Source: a virus
Reading direction: 5' to 3' (one strand)
IMG/VR virus record: IMGVR_UViG_3300029999_000002
Location: 25,141-89,140 of that record
DNA: 64,000 nucleotides
Shown: in pieces, positions 38,877 to 48,909 of the stretch
How the letters are laid out: each line of letters starts with the position of its first letter
Position numbering within the stretch: the stretch's first letter is position 1
Program-made: the position numbers and the translations under genes
Notes under the pieces: model-generated
The model's database searches: none
Seen by the model: the letters and a program-made list of their open reading frames with translations, nothing else
What the model was told of the DNA's origin: nothing

Positions 38877-40945
38877 TTATCGATTATGCTCAGCTTGAAT
38901 CCTCTTTCCTAACCAGACGATCACAGGGACAGCCATGCTGTTACCGCATGCTTTGTATCTAGGCCCATCAGCGGAAGAGTTCTGACATTGCTCCTGAGTC
39001 AGACGGCCTCCACGGAAGAGATACTTGATGTAATCCCAGTCCAACTTCCTCTTGCTGGTTGCCTTCGGAACAGTTGCAGATGGGATCAGGGTGTAATCAT
39101 CTGGAAACCCCTGGAGACGTTCACACTCGCGCGGTGTCAGTCTGCGAACAGCCATGCGACTAGAGACAGCAACACCCATAGCAGCATCTAGGGTATGTGT
39201 CTGCTCTTCTTGAATGCCCCCAACCGTTGCTGGATGTGTTTGCTGTGCGGATACCATAGGCAACGAGGTCACAATTGACTGGATCTTGTTGGCCACGTTC
39301 TCCCTCACCAGCGGTGGTGAGGGTCTTTGCTGTCTCAGCCACGGAGATAGGGACAGCAACGTAAGTAGTCTGCTTCATACCTGGTTCAGCACTGAGAGCA
39401 CCTGTGATCGAACCGTCGCCTGCGACGAGGTGCGCCTCGTCGCGGGAGTTCTGTGCGAAGCCATATGCAACCATTTGAACCTCAGACCGAGCCTCTACGG
39501 TGTAAGCCACTTCTTCCTGTACACCAAGTCCATCAGGTCCACTTGTAGGGTTCTCTCGTGTGACTCCAGGTTGCATTTGCAATGCAACCACGTTCGTGCA
39601 GCGATCAGTGTTGGTTGTCAAAGGGGCAGTCTTGTCTCCCTCTTCGTACACTGCTCCATCTCCAGCGGTACGGTAGTCGCCTACCGTACTCTCTCGCGCA
39701 CCGCCCCCACCGGTGTCGTCACCTTTACGGATCGTGGCCGCTGCTTCTGCAGGTTGCCAGTATCCTGCTCCGGTATTGTTAAAAGCTTCAGCACTCATGG
39801 ATCACCATTGTTTCTGTTGTGTGGTCGATTCTTCCCATCCCTCCTGCGTTCAAGCAGAGAGCAGGATCACTAGTAGGAACCAACACTGCTGGAAACCTGT
39901 TCTTCTCTGGCATACACTGCCCCTTGGACAGGACAGCATCAAGAGTCTGACTCACTTGGCTCCCGTCCCACCAACATGGAGGACACGAACCATTGCCCCC
40001 CCCGTTAATGTGCTGATCGTCAAGTCCTTGCTTGTCACCTAATGTGGTATCAAGTGCTGCTGCAACTTCGGCCGGCCACACCTTGTCATTAACAGACACG
40101 TCCGGATTGTGATGGAGAACTAGTCCTCCATCACAATCAAAGTCGGAACCTAATCCACCACCTCCCAGGTTCCGAGAAGGAATAGTCGGAGCTACTTGGT
40201 GGCTGGGAGTGCCGATGTGTCGATCACTGCTTGCAGGGCCTTCAGTAGCATCACTGGCAACTTCTTGCCTCTTTTCTCGGCTCGGCGCAGGATTCCCAAG
40301 CAAGCTTTCTGGCTCAAGAAGTATCGGGCTGGTACTGGCCCAGTCTCCAATGTCTCGGACAAGGAACACACGACGGCGCCGTTGCGCCACTCCGAAGTAT
40401 TGCGCATCCAGAATTGCCCACTGGACAAGTCCGTCTCGTCCGAGGAGAAAACCGGAGTTTTGCCATTTACCTTTTGGTATATCGACTTCTGCCCCAGCCA
40501 TCTCTCCAACCACGGCAGCAAAGTCTGCTCCTGATTTGGAACTGAGGAGTCCAGGGACGTTCTCAGCAAGAGTCCATCTGGCACCACTCCATCTAACGAT
40601 TTGCATTGCTGTGAAGAAGAGTCCACTGCGAGTTACCTTTCCTGTTGCGTCCGAGAGACCAGCACGCTTGCCGGCCACAGACAGATCCTGACAAGGGAAA
40701 CCAAAGACAACCACGTCAATGTGACCGAGGGCTTCAACCTGTTCCCTTGTGATTTTTGTGATGTCCCCAAGATTGGGAACAGTAGGGTAGTGGTGATTGA
40801 GAACAGCCGAGGGGAACTTCTCGATCTCAGCGACTCCAACACACTCCCATCCTAGTGGGCACCAAGCTACCGATGCAGCTTCAATCCCTGAGAACAGGGA
40901 GAGGAAGCGGATAGCTTGTGGTTCTTCCTGTATAGTCTTATCCAC
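38877..40945 (-). CDS. C5 cytosine DNA methyltransferase, split over three frames
   Basis: Motif I LFSGIE, IV GFPCQD, VI ENVPG, VIII QRRRRVF in 39788-40945; repeat-rich variable region 39160-39798; RRLTPRECERLQGFPD and YKACGNS in 38877-39359. Confidence 0.85.
40192..40626 (-). CDS. nested alternative-frame ORF in the methyltransferase (EcoHK31I beta-like)
   Basis: 144-aa ORF inside the MTase with SLSETLE..VPARYFLS.KAC.GILRRAEKRGKKLP. Confidence 0.6.
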   Translation of the reverse strand: MDSSSQQCKSLDGVVPDGLLLRTSLDSSVPNQEQTLLPWLERWLGQKSIYQKVNGKTPVFSSDETDLSSGQFWMRNTSEWRNGAVVCSLSETLETGPVPARYFLSQKACLGILRRAEKRGKKLPVMLLKALQAVIDTSALPATK

Positions 40946-42059
40946 GCAGTGCCCTCTTGATGTACTCAGGAGTCTTCCCCATTGCGACCAGGGTTGCCTT
41001 CTCTGTGATCTTCCTGAGTTCTTTGTTGTCCCTCAGAGCATCACGCAGATTGTCCTTGCCTGTTACCACTTCTGAAGTAGAGGGCAGACTGTACTTGCTG
41101 CCTTCCTGAATCCAGACCCCGTTACCGAGAGCAAGGTCAACCAGGCTCCGCGCTGAATCAAACCCCGGCTTCTGCCCAGGCATGTCATACATCAGGTTGA
41201 AGTCCATCTCCAGCTTGGGACGATACGTTTTATTCTTAGGTGTCTTGATCTTGGTCACAGCACCGACAACCTCACCCCGTTCCTTGTGGTTCTGGATGCG
41301 GTCCACACTGAGTCTGACTGAACTGAAGAACTTCAGAGCTTTGCCACCAGGCGTGTCACTCTTGGCTCCGAAGCCAGTGTTCATAGTGGCACGCAATTGA
41401 TTCACGAATACCACACAGGTTCCAGTCTTGCTGGTCAGTGCAGTCATCTTGCGAATAGCCTTGCCCATCATGGCAGCTTGCAGGCCCATGTGAGCATCGC
41501 TGACTTCACCTTCAAGCTCAGCACGAGGCACCAACGCTGCGACCGAATCAATAGCAACCAACTTGATGCCACCAGTTGTGATCATGTCGAGAGCAGCCTG
41601 TAGAGCTTGCTCACCGTAGTCAGGCTCTGCGATCAGCAGCCGGTCTGTATCCACACCCAGCTTGCTGGCATAGGTCAGGTCTAGCGCACATTCTGCGTCC
41701 ACGTATGCGATCTCATTGCTGGCACTCATCTTCTGAATGTTGCCAATCAGTTGCGCCAGGAGAGTTCCCTTGCCACCAGACTCAACACCAAACAGTTCCA
41801 CGATGCGCCCACGTGGGAACCCGCCTGAACCAATCAGGAAATGGTCCACACCAAAGATGCCAGTGGGTAGCACTGATCGCAGGACGTTAGCCTTGTCAAT
41901 TGGTCGTGTGAACAGGCAACCATCCTTGGCAATGCTCTTGATTGCAGCCTCAACCAACTTGGAAGTATCTTTCTCTTTGACAGGCGCCACATAATCAGGA
42001 TCTGCCTCAAGGGCAGCTAACTTGGCCTTCTCAGCAGCCCTCTGTTTATTCGTTGCCAT
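40938..42059 (-). CDS. recA: RecA-family recombinase
   Basis: GGFPRGRIVELFGVESGGKGT, YVDAE, IDSVAALVPRAELEG, FVNQLR, TPGGKALKFFSSVR. Confidence 0.95.
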   Translation of the reverse strand: MATNKQRAAEKAKLAALEADPDYVAPVKEKDTSKLVEAAIKSIAKDGCLFTRPIDKANVLRSVLPTGIFGVDHFLIGSGGFPRGRIVELFGVESGGKGTLLAQLIGNIQKMSASNEIAYVDAECALDLTYASKLGVDTDRLLIAEPDYGEQALQAALDMITTGGIKLVAIDSVAALVPRAELEGEVSDAHMGLQAAMMGKAIRKMTALTSKTGTCVVFVNQLRATMNTGFGAKSDTPGGKALKFFSSVRLSVDRIQNHKERGEVVGAVTKIKTPKNKTYRPKLEMDFNLMYDMPGQKPGFDSARSLVDLALGNGVWIQEGSKYSLPSTSEVVTGKDNLRDALRDNKELRKITEKATLVAMGKTPEYIKRALRG

Positions 42060-42259
42060 TACTTGTGACCTTTCAGATACTCAACAGCAGCCTTTCGCGC
42101 AGCGGCGTAATCAGCGGCCGTCTGTGCATCCTTGATCTGCTTGCACAGTGTGCAGACCTTGCTGCCATTGACTAACACCAACGGAGTAAAGTGAACAGGA
42201 CAGATGTTCTGTTTGCGCAGTGTGCGCTGAGCCTGCAACTTCCTAAGCCAAATCGGCAT
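42059..42259 (-). CDS. small Zn-ribbon protein
   Basis: CPVH...CTLC; TAATG coupling to recA. Confidence 0.45.
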   Translation of the reverse strand: MPIWLRKLQAQRTLRKQNICPVHFTPLVLVNGSKVCTLCKQIKDAQTAADYAAARKAAVEYLKGHK

Positions 42260-42785
42260 TCGCAACCTCTTCCTCAATGTCAGAACTTTGTGCCAATTTG
42301 CTGACAACACTGCCACCAAACTGCATCCCGTTGTAATCAACCGGAACCTCTTTGGTGGCAGCAAGCTCTGCCTCGTGCTCAGCAATAGCTTCCTTGTTCG
42401 CTTCAATGAACTGATCGAACCCAACCAGGTTCTTGTGATACTTCTTCCCGAGCTCATACCTGATCTCATCACCCTTACCAGCCCTGAGCACAGCAATGTT
42501 ATGGACAGTCATCTTCTGGTTGGCGATGAAGAAGTGGCCCCAGCAACCGACACAGTTCGTCCTGGGTAGTTCTCCTGTGTCCAGCATGTGACCGCAGCCG
42601 TCAGCCTGAGTCTTGCGTCGTGCTGATCGCAGGGTGACCTTGTGAGTCTCGCGCGAGTAGCTGCTCTTGTGCTCAACAGGAACAATCGACTTGTTAGCAG
42701 GGTTGGGTTCCCACTCTTTGTGAATGGCGCGAACCTCATCGATTGCAGCTTTGGCTTCAGCTTTGTTATCTACTTCTGGTCCCAA
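42243..42785 (-). CDS. hypothetical protein with CGH...CVGC motif
   Basis: ORF in operon. Confidence 0.5.
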   Translation of the reverse strand: MGPEVDNKAEAKAAIDEVRAIHKEWEPNPANKSIVPVEHKSSYSRETHKVTLRSARRKTQADGCGHMLDTGELPRTNCVGCWGHFFIANQKMTVHNIAVLRAGKGDEIRYELGKKYHKNLVGFDQFIEANKEAIAEHEAELAATKEVPVDYNGMQFGGSVVSKLAQSSDIEEEVANADLA

Positions 42786-42788
42786 TGG

Positions 42789-43280
42789 TTACCTGTCTTT
42801 CTGTGAAATGAACTCTGCAAGGCCAGGATTGCGCTGGAGCAATTCTGCCCACATGGCTGCAAATTGGTAGATGCCTTCGTGCTTGATTGCATCGGTAGAG
42901 TTGTAAATCAGGTTGTTCGGCTGGAAGTTCCAACCTGCGTCCGTGCAGACCAGAGCGTGGCTCAACTCGTGAACCAAGATCGTGCCATGGCTCTGTGGGT
43001 ACTTCTTGTTGAACACAACATAGATGTGCCTGGTGGAGCAGTCAGTGATGCCAACGTAGGCACCACCGTCATCAATGAAGTCGACCTGACTGATATTCCA
43101 TTGGGTTCCATTGACGTCAACATGGTCCGGTAGTGGGACCAAAGCTGCAACTGGAGTAGGAGATTTCAGCTTTGCAAACGCGAAGCCAGTGTTGACGATC
43201 CCGATTGCCAATAAGAAAGCAAGGATTGTTGCGATGAGCGCGCTGCTCACTGGGTGCTTGAGTAGATGTCTATTGATCAT
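42789..43280 (-). CDS. membrane-anchored HExxH metallopeptidase-like protein
   Basis: N-terminal TM; TILVHELSHAL. Confidence 0.6.
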   Translation of the reverse strand: MINRHLLKHPVSSALIATILAFLLAIGIVNTGFAFAKLKSPTPVAALVPLPDHVDVNGTQWNISQVDFIDDGGAYVGITDCSTRHIYVVFNKKYPQSHGTILVHELSHALVCTDAGWNFQPNNLIYNSTDAIKHEGIYQFAAMWAELLQRNPGLAEFISQKDR

Positions 43281-43590
43281 GGGTGAGTTCCTCTTCCAAT
43301 TTCTGAATGAATGCGTGCAGTTGCCCTATCGATTCTTTGAACGATTTGATTAGGCCCTTCAGAGCTTCCTGCTTGCTTGGAAAGAAAAGAATCCCAATTG
43401 GAAGTGGTGCATAGTTTTCAGGGTTGAGGACCACCCTGTTATCAAGCCTGATCCAGCCCTGCACCGCAGTCATCTGGTAGGTCTCAGGGTCGACCACAAC
43501 TCCATCAACAAGCTCAAGGGAGCCGGATGATTTGAACTGCTGGGCTTTATAGGGAGCAGTGTCGGTTGGGAATGCGATGAGGGTTGCCAT
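43270..43590 (-). CDS. hypothetical protein
   Basis: Coupled ORF. Confidence 0.5.
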   Translation of the reverse strand: MATLIAFPTDTAPYKAQQFKSSGSLELVDGVVVDPETYQMTAVQGWIRLDNRVVLNPENYAPLPIGILFFPSKQEALKGLIKSFKESIGQLHAFIQKLEEELTHDQ

Positions 43591-44357
43591 CAGCTGATCC
43601 CAAACCGTTTGGTCTTGCGGCCCTTCCAGTTCACACCCATCTGAGCCGACTCTGATTCCAGGTGGTAGACAACGATCTCAGGGAGCAGTGCGCGCTTCCT
43701 GCGAGGCCAAGCTAGGGGAAAGTGTGAATCTTCCCTGCCCGCATCGCTGTGACCCTCTGGATACTTGAAGACTCCACTGTCTGCGTGCCATAGCTGGAAG
43801 TAGCCGATGGGAACATATCCGCCTTGGTGCGGGAATGCCACCCTGGTCCCAAGCTGTTGCCCATGGTGCGTAATATGAATGAAGAACCCGCCACCAGCTG
43901 TACACGGCTCTGGAGATCCAATGAACTTCTGCCACTCCTCGAACGACTTGAACTCAGCACGGTCTGCACCATAGATCATGGATGGGTCCAGGTCGGCTGC
44001 CTCAATGACCTTGCGGAAGTTAGGAGGTAGGACTATGTCGGCATCCAGGTGCAGAATCCAGGCGTCCCTGTCCAGCCGGCTGAGTCCCTGGTTGATCCCA
44101 GCGCCCTTCTTGAATTGCCCATCCCACTGAGCGTTGAAGGCATCAGTGAGCCAAACCTGAACCCCGTAGAAGTCACATACCTTCTGGGTCTCCTTGTCAG
44201 CGGGTGACGTGGCAACCACCAGCTTGTCGAAGTGGCGCATGTTGAGGGGGAGTGTGTGAGCAAGGAAGTCTCCATAGCCAACACAGGTGATGACACATTC
44301 GATCTTGATTCTGGGACTGCATACGGGTTGTGAGGGTGGTGGTGTGACTTGGCTCAT
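43590..44357 (-). CDS. glycosyltransferase (GT-A fold, family 2-like)
   Basis: KGAGINQG, WILHLDADI (DxD), GYFQLW, ED. Confidence 0.8.
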   Translation of the reverse strand: MSQVTPPPSQPVCSPRIKIECVITCVGYGDFLAHTLPLNMRHFDKLVVATSPADKETQKVCDFYGVQVWLTDAFNAQWDGQFKKGAGINQGLSRLDRDAWILHLDADIVLPPNFRKVIEAADLDPSMIYGADRAEFKSFEEWQKFIGSPEPCTAGGGFFIHITHHGQQLGTRVAFPHQGGYVPIGYFQLWHADSGVFKYPEGHSDAGREDSHFPLAWPRRKRALLPEIVVYHLESESAQMGVNWKGRKTKRFGIS

Positions 44358-44372
44358 TTGTTCCTTGTTCTT

Positions 44373-44870
44373 CTAGTCAAGATGTGACCATGGGCGTTTA
44401 GGTTTGCGAGGAGATCGAACATCCACTGAACCCATATAGACCTTGGTTGGGCTGATCCCAACCTGAATGAAATAGGCGCCCAACACTTCCCTCATTCGGG
44501 AATCAATGGACCTGACTGCAGCCTGCTGGTGCTCGGGAAACGACGCCACATGGTTCTCAAGGCAGTCATCAAGTTCTTCGTAGGCTTCAGGAAGCTGAAC
44601 CACTACGTCACAGGTTTTGTAGTACAGGGTGAAATAGGAGAAGTCTCCAGGTTTGAGTGCTTTGCGCGCAGCTAATTCAATGTCGCATATCAGATCCGAG
44701 GGAGAGGGCTGAACGTTCTGGGAGTTGCCCGTGTTCGTTGCCTTACCACTTTCTGCACCCTTGCTATACTCCATAGCCTTCAGGCCACCGGAAGAGATAG
44801 CAGTTTCTTGATAGATGAACATTGTTCTGGCAAACTCTTGAGCAGTAATCAGCTTCTGTTCTGCCGCCAT
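44373..44870 (-). CDS. hypothetical protein (paralog of 44871)
   Basis: SDLICDIEL...LGAYFIQVGISP. Confidence 0.55.
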   Translation of the reverse strand: MAAEQKLITAQEFARTMFIYQETAISSGGLKAMEYSKGAESGKATNTGNSQNVQPSPSDLICDIELAARKALKPGDFSYFTLYYKTCDVVVQLPEAYEELDDCLENHVASFPEHQQAAVRSIDSRMREVLGAYFIQVGISPTKVYMGSVDVRSPRKPKRPWSHLD

Positions 44871-45245
44871 CTACTTGGACCCAGATGCGTATCGACTGAG
44901 CGGGTAGATCCCAGCCTGAATAAAATGTCTACCCAACTTGGTGCGAACACTGGAATCAAGTTCAGCGTAGTGCTTGGGCACAGTTTCCAAGTCGGACCCA
45001 TTTTCGCTCACAGCAATGAAACCAGTCTTGATGAACCTTCGGAAATACTCGGCTTCCATTGGGTCCAGGCACTTGCCCACTGATAGCTCTACGTCCGCGA
45101 TGAAATCAGAGATGCAAACATGGCTGCCTTCGGTGATCGGATCAAGTCCTCCGTTGTATTTCTTCTCTTGGTAGTAGGAGACAGTGCTTCCAAATGAAAG
45201 GGAAAATGATTCGTGCTGTGATCCAGACACGTTCGTACTTAACAA
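44871..45245 (-). CDS. hypothetical protein (paralog of 44373)
   Basis: SDFIADVEL...LGRHFIQAGIYP. Confidence 0.55.
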   Translation of the reverse strand: MLSTNVSGSQHESFSLSFGSTVSYYQEKKYNGGLDPITEGSHVCISDFIADVELSVGKCLDPMEAEYFRRFIKTGFIAVSENGSDLETVPKHYAELDSSVRTKLGRHFIQAGIYPLSRYASGSK

Positions 45246-45253
45246 TTCATAGC

Positions 45254-45694
45254 CTATAAGTCTTTCTTCGGGTTGGTATGCAGGGTTGGTTTGCCCTGTA
45301 TAGCAGTTCTGGGTTGTGGAGTCTTGGTTTTGTTGGGACCATACCGGCGATTCTTTGCCATCTTGTTGATTCGCCCTACGAGGCCATACACGGGCTCCCC
45401 AAGAGCTCTGGTAACAGTTGGGTTCTCAAGGTAGTCAGCTGCCCTACGGAGCAGAACAGGGTCGTCCCTGAATAGTTCCAGGCCCTTGTTCAGCTTCCAG
45501 TCCACCAAGCCGCGTAGTAATCCATAGGTGTGGTCGTGATCCATTACCAATAGGGCAGAAGGCTGGCCGGTAATTGCACAGTTGCCACCCTGAAACAGGA
45601 GAACCTTCTCATACTCTTCGGAGCATATATTGAAGCAGGTTCGGAGTCTTCGCTCTCGTGCTGCTTCTGCTTTCTCAGCCTTAGTCTTCGGCAA
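45254..45694 (-). CDS. recombination endonuclease VII
   Basis: QGGNCAI...DHDH..G.LRGL...N.GL..FRDDP.LLRRAADYL. Confidence 0.85.
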   Translation of the reverse strand: MPKTKAEKAEAARERRLRTCFNICSEEYEKVLLFQGGNCAITGQPSALLVMDHDHTYGLLRGLVDWKLNKGLELFRDDPVLLRRAADYLENPTVTRALGEPVYGLVGRINKMAKNRRYGPNKTKTPQPRTAIQGKPTLHTNPKKDL

Positions 45695-45911
45695 GGAACA
45701 GTTTCTTTTCAGGAAGGTCGAATCCAGAGTTGTATTCCACACCCTCGTGGAATGTAACTCCACCATTTGGGACAATTGTGAGCAGACTGAAGATAAACTC
45801 ATCATCACCCTCTCGTTGTGCTGTGACTGTCACTCCATCACTATCATGTCGAAGTGCGATCAGTACAATTTCTTCCGTGGTAGAAGGAGCTTCAATTATC
45901 AACTGGGGCAT
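45681..45911 (-). CDS. hypothetical protein
   Basis: GAGG RBS; directly downstream of a promoter. Confidence 0.55.
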   Translation of the reverse strand: MPQLIIEAPSTTEEIVLIALRHDSDGVTVTAQREGDDEFIFSLLTIVPNGGVTFHEGVEYNSGFDLPEKKLFLAED

Positions 45912-45938
45912 TCAGTGTTCCTCTCGATGTCTGTATTC

Positions 45939-45984
45939 AATGTAACGCTATTAGATTTGGATGTCAATGTTTTTTATGCTGCAT
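45939..45984 (-). promoter_or_regulatory. sigma70-type promoter with ATRCAG box
   Basis: ATGCAG-N11-TTGACA(45967-45962)-N17-TACATT. Confidence 0.75.
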
Positions 45985-46323
45985 CTTGCCAGCCTTCAGG
46001 AACTTGTGGATTCGGCCCACAAGAAAGTCCAGATGATAGGCGAATGTCTCGTTGTCATTACGAACACCGAGGCCTGCGAACAATACACGGATTGCATGGC
46101 TGGCCTCATGAGCAACAGTGGCTTCGTCCGGGTTCTGGCCGAACACGATCCAACCAAACGGAGTGTTGGGTTTCCTGTCTGCATCCGCATGAACGAAGCA
46201 AGCCACGCAGTCGATGTCAGGTATTCCTAGACCCCGAATGGAGCGTGTGACATCCTTGGACTGAATGACACGGAGCCTGCGCTCATTTAGAGCATGGAAG
46301 ATGATGTCAGTGCGCCGGTTCAT
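45964..46323 (-). CDS. HExxH-containing protein
   Basis: VAHEASHA...ETFAY. Confidence 0.6.
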   Translation of the reverse strand: MNRRTDIIFHALNERRLRVIQSKDVTRSIRGLGIPDIDCVACFVHADADRKPNTPFGWIVFGQNPDEATVAHEASHAIRVLFAGLGVRNDNETFAYHLDFLVGRIHKFLKAGKMQHKKH

Positions 46324-47080
46324 ACTTGGTTCTCCAGACTCATTGTGATACTCGTCAGAACCCTCTGAGCCTGCTCTTTGAGCATCTGAAGGCTGCTACG
46401 GTAGTGCTCTAGGTCTCTTTCACTCTTCTGCCACTCTTTGAAGGCCAATCCTTGCCTACTGGCTTGCTCCAGGCTCGTGTACTGATTCAGGTTGATACCA
46501 CTAGACCCCTGAAACGCTTCTAGGACCTTCTGGAGCTTCTCAAGAGCCTCCCCCCACTGCGCCCAACCTGTTTCTTCCCTGCTTCCACTCCCAGCGCATA
46601 CTGTGCACTCTCAGCCTTACTGCGCTCAACTGAGTCCACCTTCTGGGCAGCGTAGATGAGAGCAGACAGGAAGACCATGTTGGGTACCTGTGGCTCCAGG
46701 GCTGGAGGCTTTACAATCCACTTGATCTTGGTCTGGGCTCCCTTCCTGCTCTGGTGAGGAACACCCAGACCCCAGGTTGGAGGCAGTTCGCCGTCATGCA
46801 CAATGGAGGCGTCAGGCACGATCAGGGACCAGTGATGGCAGAATCTGAGAATGGACTCAGCCTTGGCCGCATTCTTGAGCTCCCTGAGCCAGTCGGATCG
46901 AGACACCTTCATCTCGAACCCATGGATCAGCCGGCCGCAGGATCGGTACATCCCGATAGCCAGGGCATCAGCACTGCGAACAGAGTCGAATCCAGTTGCA
47001 TCCCTGACTTCCTGGAGGTAAACATAATTGGGTGCAGGATAGGAAGCTTTGACTGCTTCGTGGAGATCCGCGCAGATCAA
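46320..47080 (-). CDS. MmcB-like PD-(D/E)xK nuclease-fold protein, apparent frameshift near the G6 run at 46550-46555
   Basis: EVR..TG...RSADALA...GFEMKVSRSDWLREL; a second frame (EALEKLQKVLEAF...) runs to an ATGA overlap at 46320. Confidence 0.65.
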
Positions 47081-47445
47081 GAGTAGACCCCGCCACCAAA
47101 CCTGAGAACAGGAGGACGGAAAATGTAGCTGTTCTGCACCTCCGGTACCTCGTCCGAGAACACGATACCCGACATTCCATCAGGTCTGTTCTTCAACTGG
47201 ACCCAGGTCAGGAACCGTGGTTCGATCAGTTGTGGGTACCGTTCCTTCCACCTGCGCCTAGAGATGTTGCTGAGATCCATTGTCTTGGAAACAAGAATGG
47301 CATCAGTATGGTGCAGGGCGATGTAGGCCAACAGGGTCTCAGTCTTGCCGGTGAACCGGTTGTCCCAAACCACCTTGCCTTCTTTGAGTCCTTTGGCAAC
47401 ATGTGGGTTGATTGCGAGTCCAGCTGGGTTCCAGAGTGTGCTCAC
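47077..47445 (-). CDS. small degenerate P-loop-like protein
   Basis: RFTGKTE and VFSDE. Confidence 0.4.
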   Translation of the reverse strand: MSTLWNPAGLAINPHVAKGLKEGKVVWDNRFTGKTETLLAYIALHHTDAILVSKTMDLSNISRRRWKERYPQLIEPRFLTWVQLKNRPDGMSGIVFSDEVPEVQNSYIFRPPVLRFGGGVYS

Positions 47446-48533
47446 ATGTCCTCCGGTAGCCGAATGGCATGGCCGCTTGCATGATGGGGCAGGCCGCTTT
47501 CGTTGCGCCCGATGAACCTAACTGTTAGCTTTTCACCGTAGTGACTGACTGCCTCGTTGAAGAGCTTCCTGCGTTCAGGATGGGTACCGCGCGGCCGAGT
47601 CTCGAAGGTCAAGTCGTTGATGTCATTCTTGCAGATCCAGATGACCAAGCCTGTTTCGTTGCCTCTTCCCTCTGTGTGACCGACGATGGTGAACTCTGCA
47701 TCTTCAAACTCTTTGACCTTGAGCAGGACTGGCGACCGATGACCCCATTCGTATGGAGCATCCAACACGCGCGCGATCAGACCTTCGTATCCCTGCTCCA
47801 CATAGATGTCATGTCTCTGCATCATCTGCTCTTTGGTAGTCACAGTACCCATCGGCACCAGCTTCAACTTGTTAGGAGTAATGCTATTGAAGAAGTTGAT
47901 GAGGGCGGTCTGACGAATGATGTTTGGTGCATCATCTAGTCCGGGAACTTCTGGCATATCGTAGCAATGGTATTCGAGAAGCTCAGTTCCCTCCTGCTTC
48001 TTCTTGGTGCGAGAACTGATCCACTGCAGACTCTTGCCATGCAGATAGATTTCGCCATCGAGTACCATGTCCTTGGGCAACACTGCTTCCAGTTCTGCGT
48101 TCAGATGGGTAGTAGCTGTCCACGGCTTGCCTTGGCGCGACTGAAGTACAACCCTGTCACCATCCCAGAACGCGGTGGCCCTCACGCCGTCGAGCTTAAT
48201 TTGCTCACCAAGTGGGAACGGAGTCTTGTCTTTGAAGGACTGTGCCAGCATAGGAAGCTTGACATCTTCCTTGGCGCCTTCAGGAGTCAAGCTGTACTTA
48301 CGATCCAGCTTGAACTTGTGCATGGCAGCAGCCTCGATCACAGCCTGTTGCTGGCTGGTCGTAGCATTGCTCCTACCCACGTTCTTAGGCTGTGCCTCTT
48401 TGGTGCTGATGATCTTCTGGCCGTCAACCTGCCCGTGCTCAGAGTAGATCAGGTTGCCGTCAGTCCAGACTCTCCAGCTATGGATGGCTCCGGTTCTCGC
48501 TCGATGAAATAAGACTGGTAGTTCGTTACTCAT
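47442..48533 (-). CDS. ATP-dependent DNA ligase
   Basis: PMLA, KLDGVR, LDGEIY, GYEGLI, LLKVKEFEDAEF. Confidence 0.92.
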   Translation of the reverse strand: MSNELPVLFHRARTGAIHSWRVWTDGNLIYSEHGQVDGQKIISTKEAQPKNVGRSNATTSQQQAVIEAAAMHKFKLDRKYSLTPEGAKEDVKLPMLAQSFKDKTPFPLGEQIKLDGVRATAFWDGDRVVLQSRQGKPWTATTHLNAELEAVLPKDMVLDGEIYLHGKSLQWISSRTKKKQEGTELLEYHCYDMPEVPGLDDAPNIIRQTALINFFNSITPNKLKLVPMGTVTTKEQMMQRHDIYVEQGYEGLIARVLDAPYEWGHRSPVLLKVKEFEDAEFTIVGHTEGRGNETGLVIWICKNDINDLTFETRPRGTHPERRKLFNEAVSHYGEKLTVRFIGRNESGLPHHASGHAIRLPEDM

Positions 48534-48909
48534 TCTTCACACTCAGATCATTGACGACAAACTTTCTCATATGACCTTCGGTATCACACGTTGTTGCATC
48601 AGAGAGTCGCTGTGCTTCCCAGTGAGTGTTGTCTGTGAACCGCACCGTCTTTATCTCTGCCAACTTTCCCGTGTTCGGGTTGTACATGACAAACTTTGCA
48701 TTAGCGAACGCGTCAAAGCTGGAGAACAGCGTGACCTCAGCAGTCGTGGCCCTATCTACACCCATGTTGATTTGCACTGCTTTCACACCGGGGATGTTTC
48801 GGCCGTCTTCATCAGTGATTGAAGCACCCTTACCCGTGGTCAGTTCGTACGGTGTTACAGTCTTGATGTGGATGACGCGGTTCGTTCTCAACTTCTCTTG
48901 GTTACTCAT
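48526..48909 (-). CDS. hypothetical protein
   Basis: AAGGA RBS. Confidence 0.5.
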   Translation of the reverse strand: MSNQEKLRTNRVIHIKTVTPYELTTGKGASITDEDGRNIPGVKAVQINMGVDRATTAEVTLFSSFDAFANAKFVMYNPNTGKLAEIKTVRFTDNTHWEAQRLSDATTCDTEGHMRKFVVNDLSVKNE

